Shown one piece after another: positions 44,385 through 54,815 of a DNA stretch of 64,000 nt. The DNA is from Candidatus Sulfotelmatobacter sp. (lineage in GTDB: Bacteria > Verrucomicrobiota > Verrucomicrobiia > Limisphaerales > UBA11358). The stretch covers positions 1,621-65,620 of the forward strand of contig DATHOG010000166.1 of assembly GCA_035485115.1 (NCBI GenBank), in the 5' to 3' direction. The notes under the pieces were generated by a model that was not told the origin of the DNA, did no database searches, and was given only the letters and a program-made list of their open reading frames with translations. The stretch's first letter is position 1, and the number at the start of each line of letters is the position of its first letter. A program made the position numbers and the translations under genes.

Positions 44385-46328
44385 TTGCTGCTGCTCGCGG
44401 CAGTTTTTTCGCTGCCGTCACAATTCAGCGTCGCGCCGGAGATGGGCATGGATCCGTCCTGGCGGCTCTCGCTCCAGCTCGCCACGCTCCAGTCCAAGAT
44501 TTTCGGGCATGACTTCGTTTTTACCTACGGTCCGCTCGGGTGGCTGATGGTCCGCACCGAATTGAGCAAGGCCGGGTTGTTGTTCTACGATTTTTTTATC
44601 CTGGCCGGGCTGGTTTCCATCTACCGCGAGCTGCTGCCGTTCCGTCCAAAACTGATCGATGCCGTCCTGCTCATCGTGCTGGCGCTGGTCACGCGGGCCT
44701 GCCTGCTGGAAGGCTCGGTGGTGATCCTGTTCACCATTCTTTGCCACTGGCTGTGGCGGATCTGTGAACGCGGCGGGTTTTTTCCCGTGGTCGCGAGCCT
44801 GGTCGCCGCGACGCTGCTTTTTTTTGGCAAGGCCAACTATGGGTTGATCATGGCCGGGCTCATCCCCGCCTTTGCCGTGGGATTGGTGATTTTCCATCGC
44901 GCCCGGCGGCGGTGCGGCCTGGTCCTGTTGTTCGGGTTTATTTCCGCCGTCTGGCTCGGCGCCCGGGTTTGGAACGTGGACCTGCCGCAATATCTTGGCT
45001 CCAGCCTGCAGATCGTCTCCGGCTATAACGATGCCATGATGAAGATCGGGTTGCGCACTTCGTTCAAGGTGGAGTTGTATTCCCCGTTTCAACTGCCCTT
45101 CGATTACCAGCTCGCCTGTCCGTTTTTGCTGGCGCTGGCCTTGCTGTTTTTTTGGGGACGCCGCCGGCTGCCGGCGCGTGAACAAATTTTCCTGCTGCCG
45201 CTCGTCGCTTTCGCCGCGTTCCTGCTTTTCAAAAACGCCTTTGTCCGCTCCGATTCGATGCACGACCTCTTGTTTTACCAGGGCCTGCCGCTGTTGCTGG
45301 CCTTTTTCTGTATCGCGTGGCGCGGGGCGGCACCGGTGAAGGTTCTTTTGCTGTTGAGCCTGCCCTATCCCGTTGCGCTCGCCGGCGTGGGGGGGGATTT
45401 CTTCCAACCCGCCAATCTGGCCTCGGCATTTCCGATGAATTATTTTCAACAAGCCCTGGCTGCGCCGCGCAACGAAAGTGTGGAGGATTTGCAGCGCACG
45501 CTCGCAGCCGGGTATCCCGAGGCCGCGCTGCCCGCCGCCATCCGCGCGCGCATCGGTGCGTCCTCCGTGGACGTGATGCCGTGGGAATCCTCCATTGCCG
45601 TGCGCAACGGATTGAACTATCGCCAGCGTCCCATACCGCAATCATATTCCGCCTACACCGTCGCGTTGGATACAATGAACGCGGAATTTTTACGGTCAAC
45701 CAATGCCCCCGACTGGATTCTCTATACCGGTGCGGAGCCGCTGGCGATGGATAGTCGTCCGGCGGCATGGGATGAATCCATCACCAAACGCGCGCTGCTG
45801 GAAAATTATGCCCTGGAAACAGAATTTGAACTGTCGCAGCACAACGCGTTGCACACCAAACTCGCTCCTTATCCGGTTTTCTTGCTGAAACACCGGCCCG
45901 GTTGCCGGCGGCTGGTCGCCGTTGCCACGAACAATGTCACCCTGGAATTTGACCGGCCATTGGCGATTCCGGAGAGCACGAACCTGATTTTTTTGACGCT
46001 GGAGATGAAACGTTCGCTGCCTGGAAAACTTCAGGCCGCCGTTTTACGTCCGGGGCCGATGTGGGTGGCCTTTTCGACCCCCGGCGGCGAGATGGTGAAC
46101 CGTGCGATCTCCGGACTGCTCGGAACCGGCGTGCTGGTGAACCGCCGGGTCGAGACCGCCGTCGAAACCCGCCGCTGGCTGTCGGGCGCGGCGGACCAAA
46201 ATCCCGCCGTGAGTGCCATCCGCTTCCGCAATGCCGCTGCCTGGGCGTTTCAACCGCCTTTTGAAGGAACGTTGGTGGAATATCGCCTGGAGGAAGCCGG
46301 AATTACAAACGCGCCGGCGGCAAAATAA
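44385..46328 (+). CDS. Large polytopic membrane protein with C-terminal soluble domain, unknown function (candidate glycan-assembly protein)
   Basis: 647 aa (TTG start; the first ATG is about 60 nt downstream). More than 10 hydrophobic helices are followed by a non-membrane region of about 250 aa. No family recognised. Confidence 0.65.
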   Translation: MLLLAAVFSLPSQFSVAPEMGMDPSWRLSLQLATLQSKIFGHDFVFTYGPLGWLMVRTELSKAGLLFYDFFILAGLVSIYRELLPFRPKLIDAVLLIVLALVTRACLLEGSVVILFTILCHWLWRICERGGFFPVVASLVAATLLFFGKANYGLIMAGLIPAFAVGLVIFHRARRRCGLVLLFGFISAVWLGARVWNVDLPQYLGSSLQIVSGYNDAMMKIGLRTSFKVELYSPFQLPFDYQLACPFLLALALLFFWGRRRLPAREQIFLLPLVAFAAFLLFKNAFVRSDSMHDLLFYQGLPLLLAFFCIAWRGAAPVKVLLLLSLPYPVALAGVGGDFFQPANLASAFPMNYFQQALAAPRNESVEDLQRTLAAGYPEAALPAAIRARIGASSVDVMPWESSIAVRNGLNYRQRPIPQSYSAYTVALDTMNAEFLRSTNAPDWILYTGAEPLAMDSRPAAWDESITKRALLENYALETEFELSQHNALHTKLAPYPVFLLKHRPGCRRLVAVATNNVTLEFDRPLAIPESTNLIFLTLEMKRSLPGKLQAAVLRPGPMWVAFSTPGGEMVNRAISGLLGTGVLVNRRVETAVETRRWLSGAADQNPAVSAIRFRNAAAWAFQPPFEGTLVEYRLEEAGITNAPAAK

Positions 46329-46339
46329 AATCCGCGCCG

Positions 46340-47407
46340 TCAGCCGTTGGAAATTTCCAGCCAGTTCGGGTTTTGCTTTGCGTGTTCCGCGATTTCCTCC
46401 AAAACCTTTTCCAGTGAAGTTTTTGGCGACCAGTTCCAGGCCTTTGCCGCGAGTGACGGGTCCAAAATCATCCACGGAATGTCAAACGGACGCGGCGTCG
46501 CCTCCGCCGCCACGGCGTGTTTGCCAAAACACATGTCGCACCAGTCGGTGAGCTGTGCGAGTGACATGGAGTTTTTCACACCACCGCTGAAGTTGGCCGT
46601 GCGCGGTTTGTTTTGGCCATCGCTTTTCATTTGCGCGAGCAACGCCGGGACGAGATCGCGTGGATGCAGGCAATCGCGCACCTGATGGCCGCCGCCATCG
46701 AAGCCGATGTATTTCAGCGGACGACGGCGCAGATGCGAGTTGAGCCAAAAGGAAAAAATTCCCTGGTCGGCCTTGCCGAACTGGCCCGCGCCCGCCAGCA
46801 CGCCGCAGCGGTTGATCCAGACGGGAAAATTGAAGGTCTCGCCGTATTCCAGCGCGATGGTTTCGCTGGCCAGTTTGCTCGAGCCATAGAGCGAAATCGG
46901 CGGCGCAGTGGAAAATTTTTCACTCACGCCGGCAACCGAAATCCCTGCCGGCAATTTTACCTTGGGTTTCGGACGGAACGCCTTTTTGTGAACCTCCACC
47001 GGCAAGGCTGCGAGCGGGGGCACGGAATAGACCCGGCTGGTGCTCAACAAGATCAGTCCGGCGCGGCGGGCTTTGCAGTATTCCAAAATATTGACCGTGC
47101 CCCAGAGATTATGTTCGAGCAACTGGCGGGAGCTGGTTTTTCCATCCACCCCGGCGAGCACGCTGGGATTGGCGGCGGCATCGATCACGAAATCGGCAGC
47201 GGGGAGGGTTTCAAAATCCGTCGCGCTGCGGACATCGGCATGAAAAATCTTCACCCCCAGCTTCGCGAGTTCGCGGCGGTTAAGCTCGCTGCCGGGGCGG
47301 ATGAAATTGTCCACGCCGAAGATCTGGACCTTGGCCGACGACTCCAACAGCGCCTTCGCCAGCGTGCTGCCGACGAACCCGCAGATGCCTGTGATGAAAA
47401 TTTTCAT
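46340..47407 (-). CDS. NAD-dependent epimerase/dehydratase (extended SDR; CDP-paratose-2-epimerase-like)
   Basis: Start at MKIFITGICGFVGSTLAKALL (GxxGxxG). STSRVYS...YGSSKLASE carries the catalytic YxxxK. Confidence 0.85.
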   Translation of the reverse strand: MKIFITGICGFVGSTLAKALLESSAKVQIFGVDNFIRPGSELNRRELAKLGVKIFHADVRSATDFETLPAADFVIDAAANPSVLAGVDGKTSSRQLLEHNLWGTVNILEYCKARRAGLILLSTSRVYSVPPLAALPVEVHKKAFRPKPKVKLPAGISVAGVSEKFSTAPPISLYGSSKLASETIALEYGETFNFPVWINRCGVLAGAGQFGKADQGIFSFWLNSHLRRRPLKYIGFDGGGHQVRDCLHPRDLVPALLAQMKSDGQNKPRTANFSGGVKNSMSLAQLTDWCDMCFGKHAVAAEATPRPFDIPWMILDPSLAAKAWNWSPKTSLEKVLEEIAEHAKQNPNWLEISNG

Positions 47408-47448
47408 TTTGATTGAGTGCGCTTCAATTTCGTCGTGCGTGTCGTGCG

Positions 47449-48636
47449 TCAATAGTTTAGCAGGGTGATGTCAAACGGGGCAACATAGCACGTCGGAAAC
47501 AGGGCGCTGCCCAGCAGGGCGCAAAATGTGATCCGGCGGCATTCATTGGTCTGGCATTGCCGGGCGAGGACCGCCGCGGCGATGAAAAGCACCGGAAATG
47601 CGTAGAACAGGCTGCGGGACAGGTCAAAAACCAAAATCGTCGCCAGCAGCACGGGAATGACGGCGCAAACGGCCAGCGCCAGTAAAAAATATTTCCGGCG
47701 GACGAGCAGCAGGGCCACCGCCAGCCCCACGATCACCAGGCCGCCCTTGAGACCGGTCAAAATAGCGGTCGGGAGAAAGTGGATGGATTTTTTTGTCATG
47801 GACCATTCACAGATGTCGCTGCCCTCGTAGAAGGTTCCCCACCGGTGAGCCAGCCACAACCGGACGGCAACAAACGTGATCACGCCGGCGATGAGGCCGA
47901 TCTGTCCCGGCTGCGGCATTAAAAAGTTTTTCAGGCTGAAATCACCCGTCTTCAGGCTGCGGCGAAGTCCGATCCACAGCCAGATCAACGGCGCGGTCAG
48001 GATGGCACGCTCATCTGTCAGGCCGCCGGCCAGGATGGCTGCCGCCGCCACGAGGGGCGAGGTCGTCCAGACGGCCAGCGCGATGAGAAAATAGGCGTAG
48101 CCGTCATAAAAGAAAAAATCGCTGAATCCCCACTGGCCGGGAAATGACACGGCCACCATCATCGCCGCCAGGAGGGCGGATAACTTGTCCTGAAAGATTT
48201 CACGGGTGATGGCCAGCACCAGCAGCAAAAACAAACACGCGAGAACCTGCTGCAACGCCAACGCCGTCGTCGGACTGAGGCCCAAAACATGGGCGACCAG
48301 CGGCACGAACACGCGGTAGGACATTTTTTCCATATGCGAGATGACGCCTTCCCGGTCCTCGTGCATTTGCACGGCCATTTCCTTGACCGGTACCGGTTGC
48401 AATGGATGGTCAAACTTCCATTGCATCACGGCGGTGCCGAATTCTTCTCCGCCGTAATGGAAATGGCGGTAGTTCGGCAGGGCAGTCATGATGGCGAAGA
48501 TGGCCAGCAGCACCGTCAAGATCATGATGTTTTTCTGCGCCAGTCCCCATGAATCAATCCGGTTCAGAAATCCGTCCAACCCTCGTGCCGCCGCCCGCAG
48601 TCCGTCCCGCGAAACGTTTGGTGTCTGGCTGTTCAT
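47449..48636 (-). CDS. Polytopic membrane protein, unknown function
   Basis: About 395 aa from the first ATG (the ORF extends to a TTG at 48666), with at least 9 predicted helices. Sits between the two SDR genes. Confidence 0.6.
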   Translation of the reverse strand: MNSQTPNVSRDGLRAAARGLDGFLNRIDSWGLAQKNIMILTVLLAIFAIMTALPNYRHFHYGGEEFGTAVMQWKFDHPLQPVPVKEMAVQMHEDREGVISHMEKMSYRVFVPLVAHVLGLSPTTALALQQVLACLFLLLVLAITREIFQDKLSALLAAMMVAVSFPGQWGFSDFFFYDGYAYFLIALAVWTTSPLVAAAAILAGGLTDERAILTAPLIWLWIGLRRSLKTGDFSLKNFLMPQPGQIGLIAGVITFVAVRLWLAHRWGTFYEGSDICEWSMTKKSIHFLPTAILTGLKGGLVIVGLAVALLLVRRKYFLLALAVCAVIPVLLATILVFDLSRSLFYAFPVLFIAAAVLARQCQTNECRRITFCALLGSALFPTCYVAPFDITLLNY

Positions 48637-48675
48637 GGATTCGGGGTTCGCCGGCGTTATCCGCAAGGCGGCAGA

Positions 48676-49725
48676 TCAGTTCAACGCCTCGAAAATTTCC
48701 TTCATGATTTCCTGCAGTCCGTAGCGGTATTTCCAGTTTGGATAATGCGATTGGAATTTGCGCACGTCGCTGATGTACCAGATATGATCGCCGATGCGGT
48801 TGTCCTCGACGTAGGTATGGGACAGTTTTTTGCCGCTGATCTGTTCGCACAGATCGATGGCTTCGAGCATGGAGCAGTTTGAATGGCGGCTGCCGCCGGC
48901 GTTATAGACTTCGCCGGAGCGCGGCTTGAGAAAAAATTGCCAGAACATCTCCACGAGGTCGTGGCTATGGATGTTATCGCGCACCTGCTTGCCCTTGTAG
49001 CCGAACACGCGATAGGGCCGGCCCGTGGCGGTACATTTCATCAGGTAAGCCAGGAAGCCATGGAGTTCCGTGCCGGCATGCGCCGGGCCGGTGAGGCATC
49101 CGCCGCGAAAGATGGCCGTCTTCATGCCGAAGTAACGGCCATATTCCTGCACCAGAATGTCCGCCGCCACCTTGCTCGCGCCGAAAAGTGAATGTTTGGT
49201 CTGATCGATGGACATCGTTTCATCAATGCCGGTGTGATAGGCATGCGCGGGATCGATTTCCCAGCGCTTCTCCAGTTCGCGCAACGGCAGGCGGTTGGGG
49301 GTGTCGCCATAGACCTTGTTTGTGCTGGTGAAAATAAAAACAGCTTCGGGGCAATGCAGCCGCGCGGCTTCCAGCAGGTTCAGCGTGCCGACGGCGTTGA
49401 CGCCGAAATCAGTGTGCGGCTCGCGCGCCGCCCAATCGTGCGACGGCTGCGCGGCGGTATGGACGACGACTTTCACGGAACCGCCGAGTTTGGCAAAAAC
49501 CCGGTTCACTCCGTCGGAGTCGCGGATATCCACGGCTTCGTGACGGTAGTTCTTCAGGGATTTTTCCAGCTTGGTGCGGGTAAGCGCGGTGGAGGCTTCC
49601 GCGCCGAAAAATTTCGCCCGCATATCGTTGTCCACGCCGACGATATCCAGACCTTCGTTGTGAAAACGTTTGCTGGTTTCAGAACCGATAAGTCCGGCCG
49701 AACCGGTGACGAGGGCGATGCTCAT
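48676..49725 (-). CDS. NAD-dependent epimerase/dehydratase (extended SDR)
   Basis: Start at [21 protein letters not shown] (complement of 49723-49725). TSTNKVYG...[11 protein letters not shown] carries YxxxK. Paralogous to 46340..47407. Confidence 0.85.
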   Translation of the reverse strand: MSIALVTGSAGLIGSETSKRFHNEGLDIVGVDNDMRAKFFGAEASTALTRTKLEKSLKNYRHEAVDIRDSDGVNRVFAKLGGSVKVVVHTAAQPSHDWAAREPHTDFGVNAVGTLNLLEAARLHCPEAVFIFTSTNKVYGDTPNRLPLRELEKRWEIDPAHAYHTGIDETMSIDQTKHSLFGASKVAADILVQEYGRYFGMKTAIFRGGCLTGPAHAGTELHGFLAYLMKCTATGRPYRVFGYKGKQVRDNIHSHDLVEMFWQFFLKPRSGEVYNAGGSRHSNCSMLEAIDLCEQISGKKLSHTYVEDNRIGDHIWYISDVRKFQSHYPNWKYRYGLQEIMKEIFEALN

Positions 49726-49864
49726 GACGCGGCATGATGCCTGTGAACCGGATTTTTTGCAATGACGACAAATTTTCGCGCATTGATTTTGCATCTGTCG
49801 GGTCAACGCGATAACTTCGGCGAAGTTACAACTCGTCCGCCCGGTTTTGCTGGAAATCAAACAT

Positions 49865-51403
49865 ATGATGCCCGCAGAGGAAAAACTATCCGCCAGTCTT
49901 CCGGCTCCGCATGCCGGACGTTTTTTTTGTCCGTTCGCCATGTTTCTCTTCATCGCCGCGCTGCACCTGTGGTTTTACACGCACCTGCCGGAATCACGTC
50001 GCGACGATGGCTGGCCCAGCATCGTGATGCGCAACTGGCACGAATACGGCTATGCGGCGCTGCATGGGCAACTTGTTGCCAATCCCGGCGGCCTGGTTGC
50101 TGGCGAGGCGCAGTTCGTTTATCCCGGCCACCGCCCGGCTTTTTTGATCGCACCGTATCTGTTGAAGGAACTGCCCGGGGCGGCCTTCGGCGATGGCGCA
50201 TTATATGACTTTGCGGTGCTGGCGGCGACTTTTGCCGCCATGCTGGGACTGTTTGGCAATAACTGGCGCGGGATATTTTTTGGCGCGGTCATTTGCTTCA
50301 CCCCGGGTTTCATCAACAACGTTGCGGCGATTGACACCATCAATGTCCCTGCGCTGTTCAGCTTGTCGGTGTTGGGATTCGCCGCCGCCGTTTTTTCGCG
50401 GCGTGATTCAAGTTTGATGCTTCGCGTCGTCGCGCTGGCGGCCACGCTTGTATTCATGTGTTTGAACTGGTCGACCCTTTTTCCGCTCGGGGTCGCGGCG
50501 GTTTATATTTTTTGCAAACGGCGTGACTGGAGACCTGCGGCGGTTTTTTTTATTCCGGCGCTGTTGGTTGGGCTTGCTGTTCTGGTTGTGTCCATGCAAA
50601 GCAAACATACGGGTACGGGAGCAACCGGCGGCGACTTTTGGAACGCCTATCTTTTTGGTCCGCTGGGCTATGATCACGGCGGCATGACGTGGGGCAAGGC
50701 TTTCGTGCGCATCGGGGCGGTGAACTCGATCGCATGGCTGTCCCTGGCCGCGGCCGGACTGGTCGCGCTGTTTTTGAACGGGCGTGGCGAAAACTGGCGA
50801 CGCGCACCCTGGCCGCTGCTTGCCGGTATTGCCGCCGTGTTTGCGTTGCGCAATTATAACGCACACCATCCGTGGAACTCCGTTTGTTACATCGGTCTGG
50901 GTCTGCTCTTTTCATTGGAATTGCTGACTGCGAACGGGCCGGATTCCGTCCCGCACCGGAGCCGGTTCGCGACCGTGGCCGCGCTCGTTTTTACCCTGGC
51001 CTACGCCATCGCGTGGATGGCGCTGGATGATTTCAACGCGCGCGACTTGCGGACGGTGCGCGACCTGGTCGTGAACAACACGCCGCGCCATGGACTTGTC
51101 CTCGTCGCGGGCGACCTCCTGCCGGCGGGGCCGGCCGACTTGAAAAATTTTACCGAGATGTTCGACCGCAAGCTGGAAATGTTTGAGGATTGGAATCATC
51201 AGGCCGATGGTCGCGAGGTGTTTGTGTTAACGCATGGCGAGCTGCCCGCGGGCGCTTCTTTCGTGGCGAAAAGTCATCTGGAGCAGAAGGGCACGGACAA
51301 GGTCGTCGCGGTGTTGTTCGATTTTTATCGCGCGAATATCGCGCGCCGCTCCCCGGGGATTCGCCGGACCTATTTTGACGACTACCAGCTCGGAAAATTC
51401 TGA
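49865..51403 (+). CDS. Polytopic membrane protein with acidic first loop and C-terminal soluble domain, unknown function
   Basis: About 512 aa from MMPAEEK. The first TM ([15 protein letters not shown]) is followed by [11 protein letters not shown], then about 10 further helices and a tail of about 120 aa. Confidence 0.6.
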   Translation: MMPAEEKLSASLPAPHAGRFFCPFAMFLFIAALHLWFYTHLPESRRDDGWPSIVMRNWHEYGYAALHGQLVANPGGLVAGEAQFVYPGHRPAFLIAPYLLKELPGAAFGDGALYDFAVLAATFAAMLGLFGNNWRGIFFGAVICFTPGFINNVAAIDTINVPALFSLSVLGFAAAVFSRRDSSLMLRVVALAATLVFMCLNWSTLFPLGVAAVYIFCKRRDWRPAAVFFIPALLVGLAVLVVSMQSKHTGTGATGGDFWNAYLFGPLGYDHGGMTWGKAFVRIGAVNSIAWLSLAAAGLVALFLNGRGENWRRAPWPLLAGIAAVFALRNYNAHHPWNSVCYIGLGLLFSLELLTANGPDSVPHRSRFATVAALVFTLAYAIAWMALDDFNARDLRTVRDLVVNNTPRHGLVLVAGDLLPAGPADLKNFTEMFDRKLEMFEDWNHQADGREVFVLTHGELPAGASFVAKSHLEQKGTDKVVAVLFDFYRANIARRSPGIRRTYFDDYQLGKF

Positions 51404-51405
51404 TT

Positions 51406-52725
51406 TCAGGATCGACCGGCCTCTTGGCGGATAAGCGCCGCGATCTTTTCACCCTCGCGCACGGCGAAGTTGGTGCCGCGGTCCTCGGGGAACACCTGTG
51501 AGAAATTTGCGAGGAAAACCCCGGGCAGCGGGGTTTGGTAATCGGGGATCTTTTCTTCGTAACTGGTGTCCACGATGTGCTGGGCGGCCCGGAAACGGAA
51601 AACAAATTTTTCCTCGACCTGCTTCGCATCGAAATGCGGGAACAGCTTCAACAGATAACCGAACCAGAGCCCGGTAAGATCCTCGTCGGTCAGGTTGAAC
51701 GTTTTGCCGTCCGGTGCCAGGTACGCGCCGATGTAGTAAACGTTCTTTCCGCCGTATAGGTTTTTATCGATGAAATTCGTGTGCTGGATGAAGACCAGAA
51801 AGGGCGCGCCCGGTTCGTTGACGTTCACCCAGTAATTGTTGCCGAGGCTTTGCCCGCTCGTGAACACCAGGCAGGCCGCGCCGAGATACTCGATGCTCCG
51901 CAAGTTGGCCGCATAGTCATTGAATTTCTCGCCGACCGGCAGGAGTTTTGCGAGCGCGGGCGACGGGCCGGTGAAGAGGCAGAAGTCGAACGGCATTTTT
52001 TCGCCGTTCACCTGCGCGGCGCGTTCATCTGCAAAAAACTTTTCCACCGGCGTACGCATCAGGATTTTCACCCCGCGTTCGCGCAGGATTTTTTCCAGCG
52101 CAGCCGTGACACTATTGAAGCCGCCGTTGAAGTAGCCGAGTTTTTCGCCGCCGCCGCCGGAGCGCGAATTGGCGCGGGTATGGATGCGCGCCCAGAACCA
52201 GGCCATGGAAACCTTGTCAAAGTGCCGGTCGAATTTGCCCTTTAGCAACGGCGTCCAGATCGAGTCCATCGCGCTGCGGCCGCAGGCGCGGGTCATCCAG
52301 GCATGCGCGGTCTGGCGCGTGAAGCCGCGCCAGTTCTTCTGGTGCTTGAGATACAACGCGGTGAAGCCGGTGCGGAGTCGTCCCCAAAAACTGCACGGCG
52401 AAAATTTCAACAGGTCGCCCGGCGTCTTGAACGGGTGGATTTTTCCGTCACGAAAAATTCCCACGGAACTGGCGCGCCACATCAATTTGTCCTCGAGGCC
52501 GAGTTCCTTCACCAGACCGAGGATCGCCGTGTCGGTGAGGAAAAGATGGTGGTACGTTTTTTCGAGCGACGTGCCCTGGATCTGGAATCCGCCGGCCAGG
52601 CCGCCGAGGTCGCCGGCCAGCTCGACGATGGTGACGGAAAAGTTTTTGTCCGCGGACAGCCGCAGCGCGGCGACGAGGCCGGTATAGCCGCCGCCGACAA
52701 TCAGGACTTTTTTCGGTTCGCTCAT
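51406..52725 (-). CDS. FAD/NAD(P)-dependent oxidoreductase (amine-oxidase/phytoene-desaturase fold)
   Basis: Start at MSEPKKVLIVGGGYTGLVAALRLS...VELAGDLGGLAGG (dinucleotide-binding motif). Overlaps the GtrA stop by 1 nt (TGATG). Confidence 0.8.
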   Translation of the reverse strand: MSEPKKVLIVGGGYTGLVAALRLSADKNFSVTIVELAGDLGGLAGGFQIQGTSLEKTYHHLFLTDTAILGLVKELGLEDKLMWRASSVGIFRDGKIHPFKTPGDLLKFSPCSFWGRLRTGFTALYLKHQKNWRGFTRQTAHAWMTRACGRSAMDSIWTPLLKGKFDRHFDKVSMAWFWARIHTRANSRSGGGGEKLGYFNGGFNSVTAALEKILRERGVKILMRTPVEKFFADERAAQVNGEKMPFDFCLFTGPSPALAKLLPVGEKFNDYAANLRSIEYLGAACLVFTSGQSLGNNYWVNVNEPGAPFLVFIQHTNFIDKNLYGGKNVYYIGAYLAPDGKTFNLTDEDLTGLWFGYLLKLFPHFDAKQVEEKFVFRFRAAQHIVDTSYEEKIPDYQTPLPGVFLANFSQVFPEDRGTNFAVREGEKIAALIRQEAGRS

Positions 52726-53117
52726 CAACTTTTGCGGAAGGAGACCAGGCGGTTCAGATTGTATTGCAGCAGCACGACGGCGACGATGACCACGCCGTAT
52801 GCATAAAGCGCGTTCCAGTGCCAGTGCTCGACAAATAGCTTGAGCAGCAACGCGGAGGCGATCCAGCCCAGAAATGCGACCAGGAAAAACAGGGCCAATC
52901 GCCGGCCGATGCGGTCGCTGACGCGGAAATTGAACCGTACATTCAAAAAAAAAGATAGCAGGGTGCCGGCTGCATAACCGATGGCGTTGGCGGTTTGCAC
53001 GGCCAGTCCCGCGTATTGGACCAGCACCGCGTAGAGCGCACACGTCAGCAGTGTGCCGGAACCGCCGATGGCGCAGTAGATCAAAAATTGCCGATACTCG
53101 AGCTGGCGGTTTTTCAC
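52725..53117 (-). CDS. GtrA-family small membrane protein
   Basis: 130 aa, 4 TM, with YRQFLIYCAIGGSGTLLTCALYAVL and ...LLQYNLNRLVSFR, typical of GtrA. Confidence 0.8.
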   Translation of the reverse strand: MKNRQLEYRQFLIYCAIGGSGTLLTCALYAVLVQYAGLAVQTANAIGYAAGTLLSFFLNVRFNFRVSDRIGRRLALFFLVAFLGWIASALLLKLFVEHWHWNALYAYGVVIVAVVLLQYNLNRLVSFRKS

Positions 53118-53124
53118 GCGGGAA

Positions 53125-53817
53125 TCATTGGATTATCGCCGCTGCCTGCTCATGATAGCAACAATAGCCGATCCACCGGAATTTAAAGCCCGTGGTGGCG
53201 ATGAATTCATTGAACGCCTTGAATTCGCCCTGCTGCCAGCCGGGATAATTAAACAGTTCGTCGAACACGATCACTGTGCCCGGACGGATGCGGTCGAGTA
53301 ACAGTTCAAAAATGGTCCTGGTCGAGGAATACAGATCGCAGTCAATGTGCAGGAACGCCGCGTGATCTTTGTGCCCGGCGAGGAAGGGGGGGAGTGATTC
53401 ATTGAACCAGCCCTTGTGCAATTTCACGTTGGCGCGGACGGCGGGCAGTTGGGCCAGGGCAAAACGTCCTTTGTCAAAATTCGGACGCCAGAATTCCGGC
53501 AGTCCCTCGAAGGAATCGAATCCATGGATTGTGCGCGTCGTCAGCTGGGCAAGATGGTTGATGGTGGTGCCCTGGAACACACCGAATTCACAGATGAGGC
53601 CGTTGTCATCTTTCATCTGCTTTACGGCGTGAGTCAGAAGTTCAAAATCGTTTTTGAAGGCGGGCACATCCGCCATGTGTTCGGCCACAAAACGCGCCGT
53701 TTCTTCCAGGGCAAGATCTTGCAATTTGCGTTCAATATTCTGGCCGTCCAAAAAATGCAGGAACCGGGGGTACAACCGCCGGGTGACCGGATTGGTCAGG
53801 ATGAAATGCTTGGTCAT
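53125..53817 (-). CDS. Class I SAM-dependent methyltransferase (TylF/Methyltransf_24-like)
   Basis: Start at MTKHFILTNP (complement of 53815-53817; ATGA overlap with the GT2 stop). Shows ICEFGVFQGTTINHLA and FLHIDCDLYSSTRTIFELLLDRIRPGTVIVFDE. Confidence 0.75.
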   Translation of the reverse strand: MTKHFILTNPVTRRLYPRFLHFLDGQNIERKLQDLALEETARFVAEHMADVPAFKNDFELLTHAVKQMKDDNGLICEFGVFQGTTINHLAQLTTRTIHGFDSFEGLPEFWRPNFDKGRFALAQLPAVRANVKLHKGWFNESLPPFLAGHKDHAAFLHIDCDLYSSTRTIFELLLDRIRPGTVIVFDELFNYPGWQQGEFKAFNEFIATTGFKFRWIGYCCYHEQAAAIIQ

Positions 53818-54782
53818 AGATTTTTTTTCTCCGGTGGCACGATACCGGCGGTGTCGCGCAAAATCCACAGCGGCCGGCCCTTGACCTCCTCGTAGATGCG
53901 CCCGATGTATTCGCCGAGGATGCCGAGGCAGATGAGTTGCACGCCGCCGAGGAACAGAACGGAGATGACGATGGTCGGGAAACCGGCGCCGGGCGCGAGG
54001 CCGATGCGGGAGAATTGCGCGGAAAAAATTTTTTGTGCGAGCGTAAAAATAACGCCGAAAAAGGCGAACGCGGAAACCCACAGCCCCAGATACGTCGCCA
54101 GCCGCAACGGCGCGGCGGAAAATGAGAACAGGCCGTCCATCGCCAGCTTGAACGATTTTTTGAACGTGTATTGCGGCACGCCGGCGGCGCGCTCCTGACG
54201 ATCAAACTCGATGGAAATCTGCCGGAAACCGCACCAGGTCCGCAGACCGCGCAGGTAGCGGCTGCGTTCGGGCAGCGAGTTCATGACGGCGACGACCCGT
54301 TTGTCGAGCAGGCAGAAATCGCCCGCATCGCGCGCCATGGGCAGCGGCGTCATTTTCTGTAAAAGCCGGTAAAATCCCCACGCCAGGATTTTTTTAAACA
54401 GGGGATCCCGGCGTTTTTTGCGGGTGGCGAATACGACTTCGTAGCCTTCGCGCCATTTTTCCAGCAGCCGGGAAATTTCCTCGGGCGGGTCCTGCAAATC
54501 GGCGTCAATGATGACCGCACAGTCGCCCGTGGCGAAATGCAGCCCGGCGCTGACGGCGGTCTGGTGGCCGAAATTACGCGCGAAACACAGGCCAAGCCAG
54601 CGCGGGTCTTTTTGGTTCTGCGCCTTGAGGATTTCCCAGGTGCGGTCGTGCGAGCCGTCGTTCACACAGATGATTTCATAGTCCGTGTTCCACGTCGCGG
54701 CGACCGAGCCGAGCCGTGTGAACAGCTTCGGCAGCACGTCCTCTTCGTTAAAACATGGGACGATGATGGAAATCTTCGGCAT
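53814..54782 (-). CDS. GT2 polyprenyl-phosphate glycosyltransferase (GtrB/ArnC/DPM1-like)
   Basis: Start at MPKISIIVPCFNEE. Shows VNDGSHDRT, IIDADLQDPPE and two C-terminal TM helices. Confidence 0.85.
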   Translation of the reverse strand: MPKISIIVPCFNEEDVLPKLFTRLGSVAATWNTDYEIICVNDGSHDRTWEILKAQNQKDPRWLGLCFARNFGHQTAVSAGLHFATGDCAVIIDADLQDPPEEISRLLEKWREGYEVVFATRKKRRDPLFKKILAWGFYRLLQKMTPLPMARDAGDFCLLDKRVVAVMNSLPERSRYLRGLRTWCGFRQISIEFDRQERAAGVPQYTFKKSFKLAMDGLFSFSAAPLRLATYLGLWVSAFAFFGVIFTLAQKIFSAQFSRIGLAPGAGFPTIVISVLFLGGVQLICLGILGEYIGRIYEEVKGRPLWILRDTAGIVPPEKKNL

Positions 54783-54815
54783 GATTGACCTCGGTGGAGG
54801 ATGACAGATTTCCAT

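Noticed and set aside
44418-45641. 407-aa minus-strand ORF, plus similar long antisense ORFs (43481..44497, 15754..16695, 8460..9488, 24461..25255, 35979..36947)
   Set aside because: Each lies opposite a gene with better coding character or recognisable motifs. All show the basic low-complexity composition of antisense frames.
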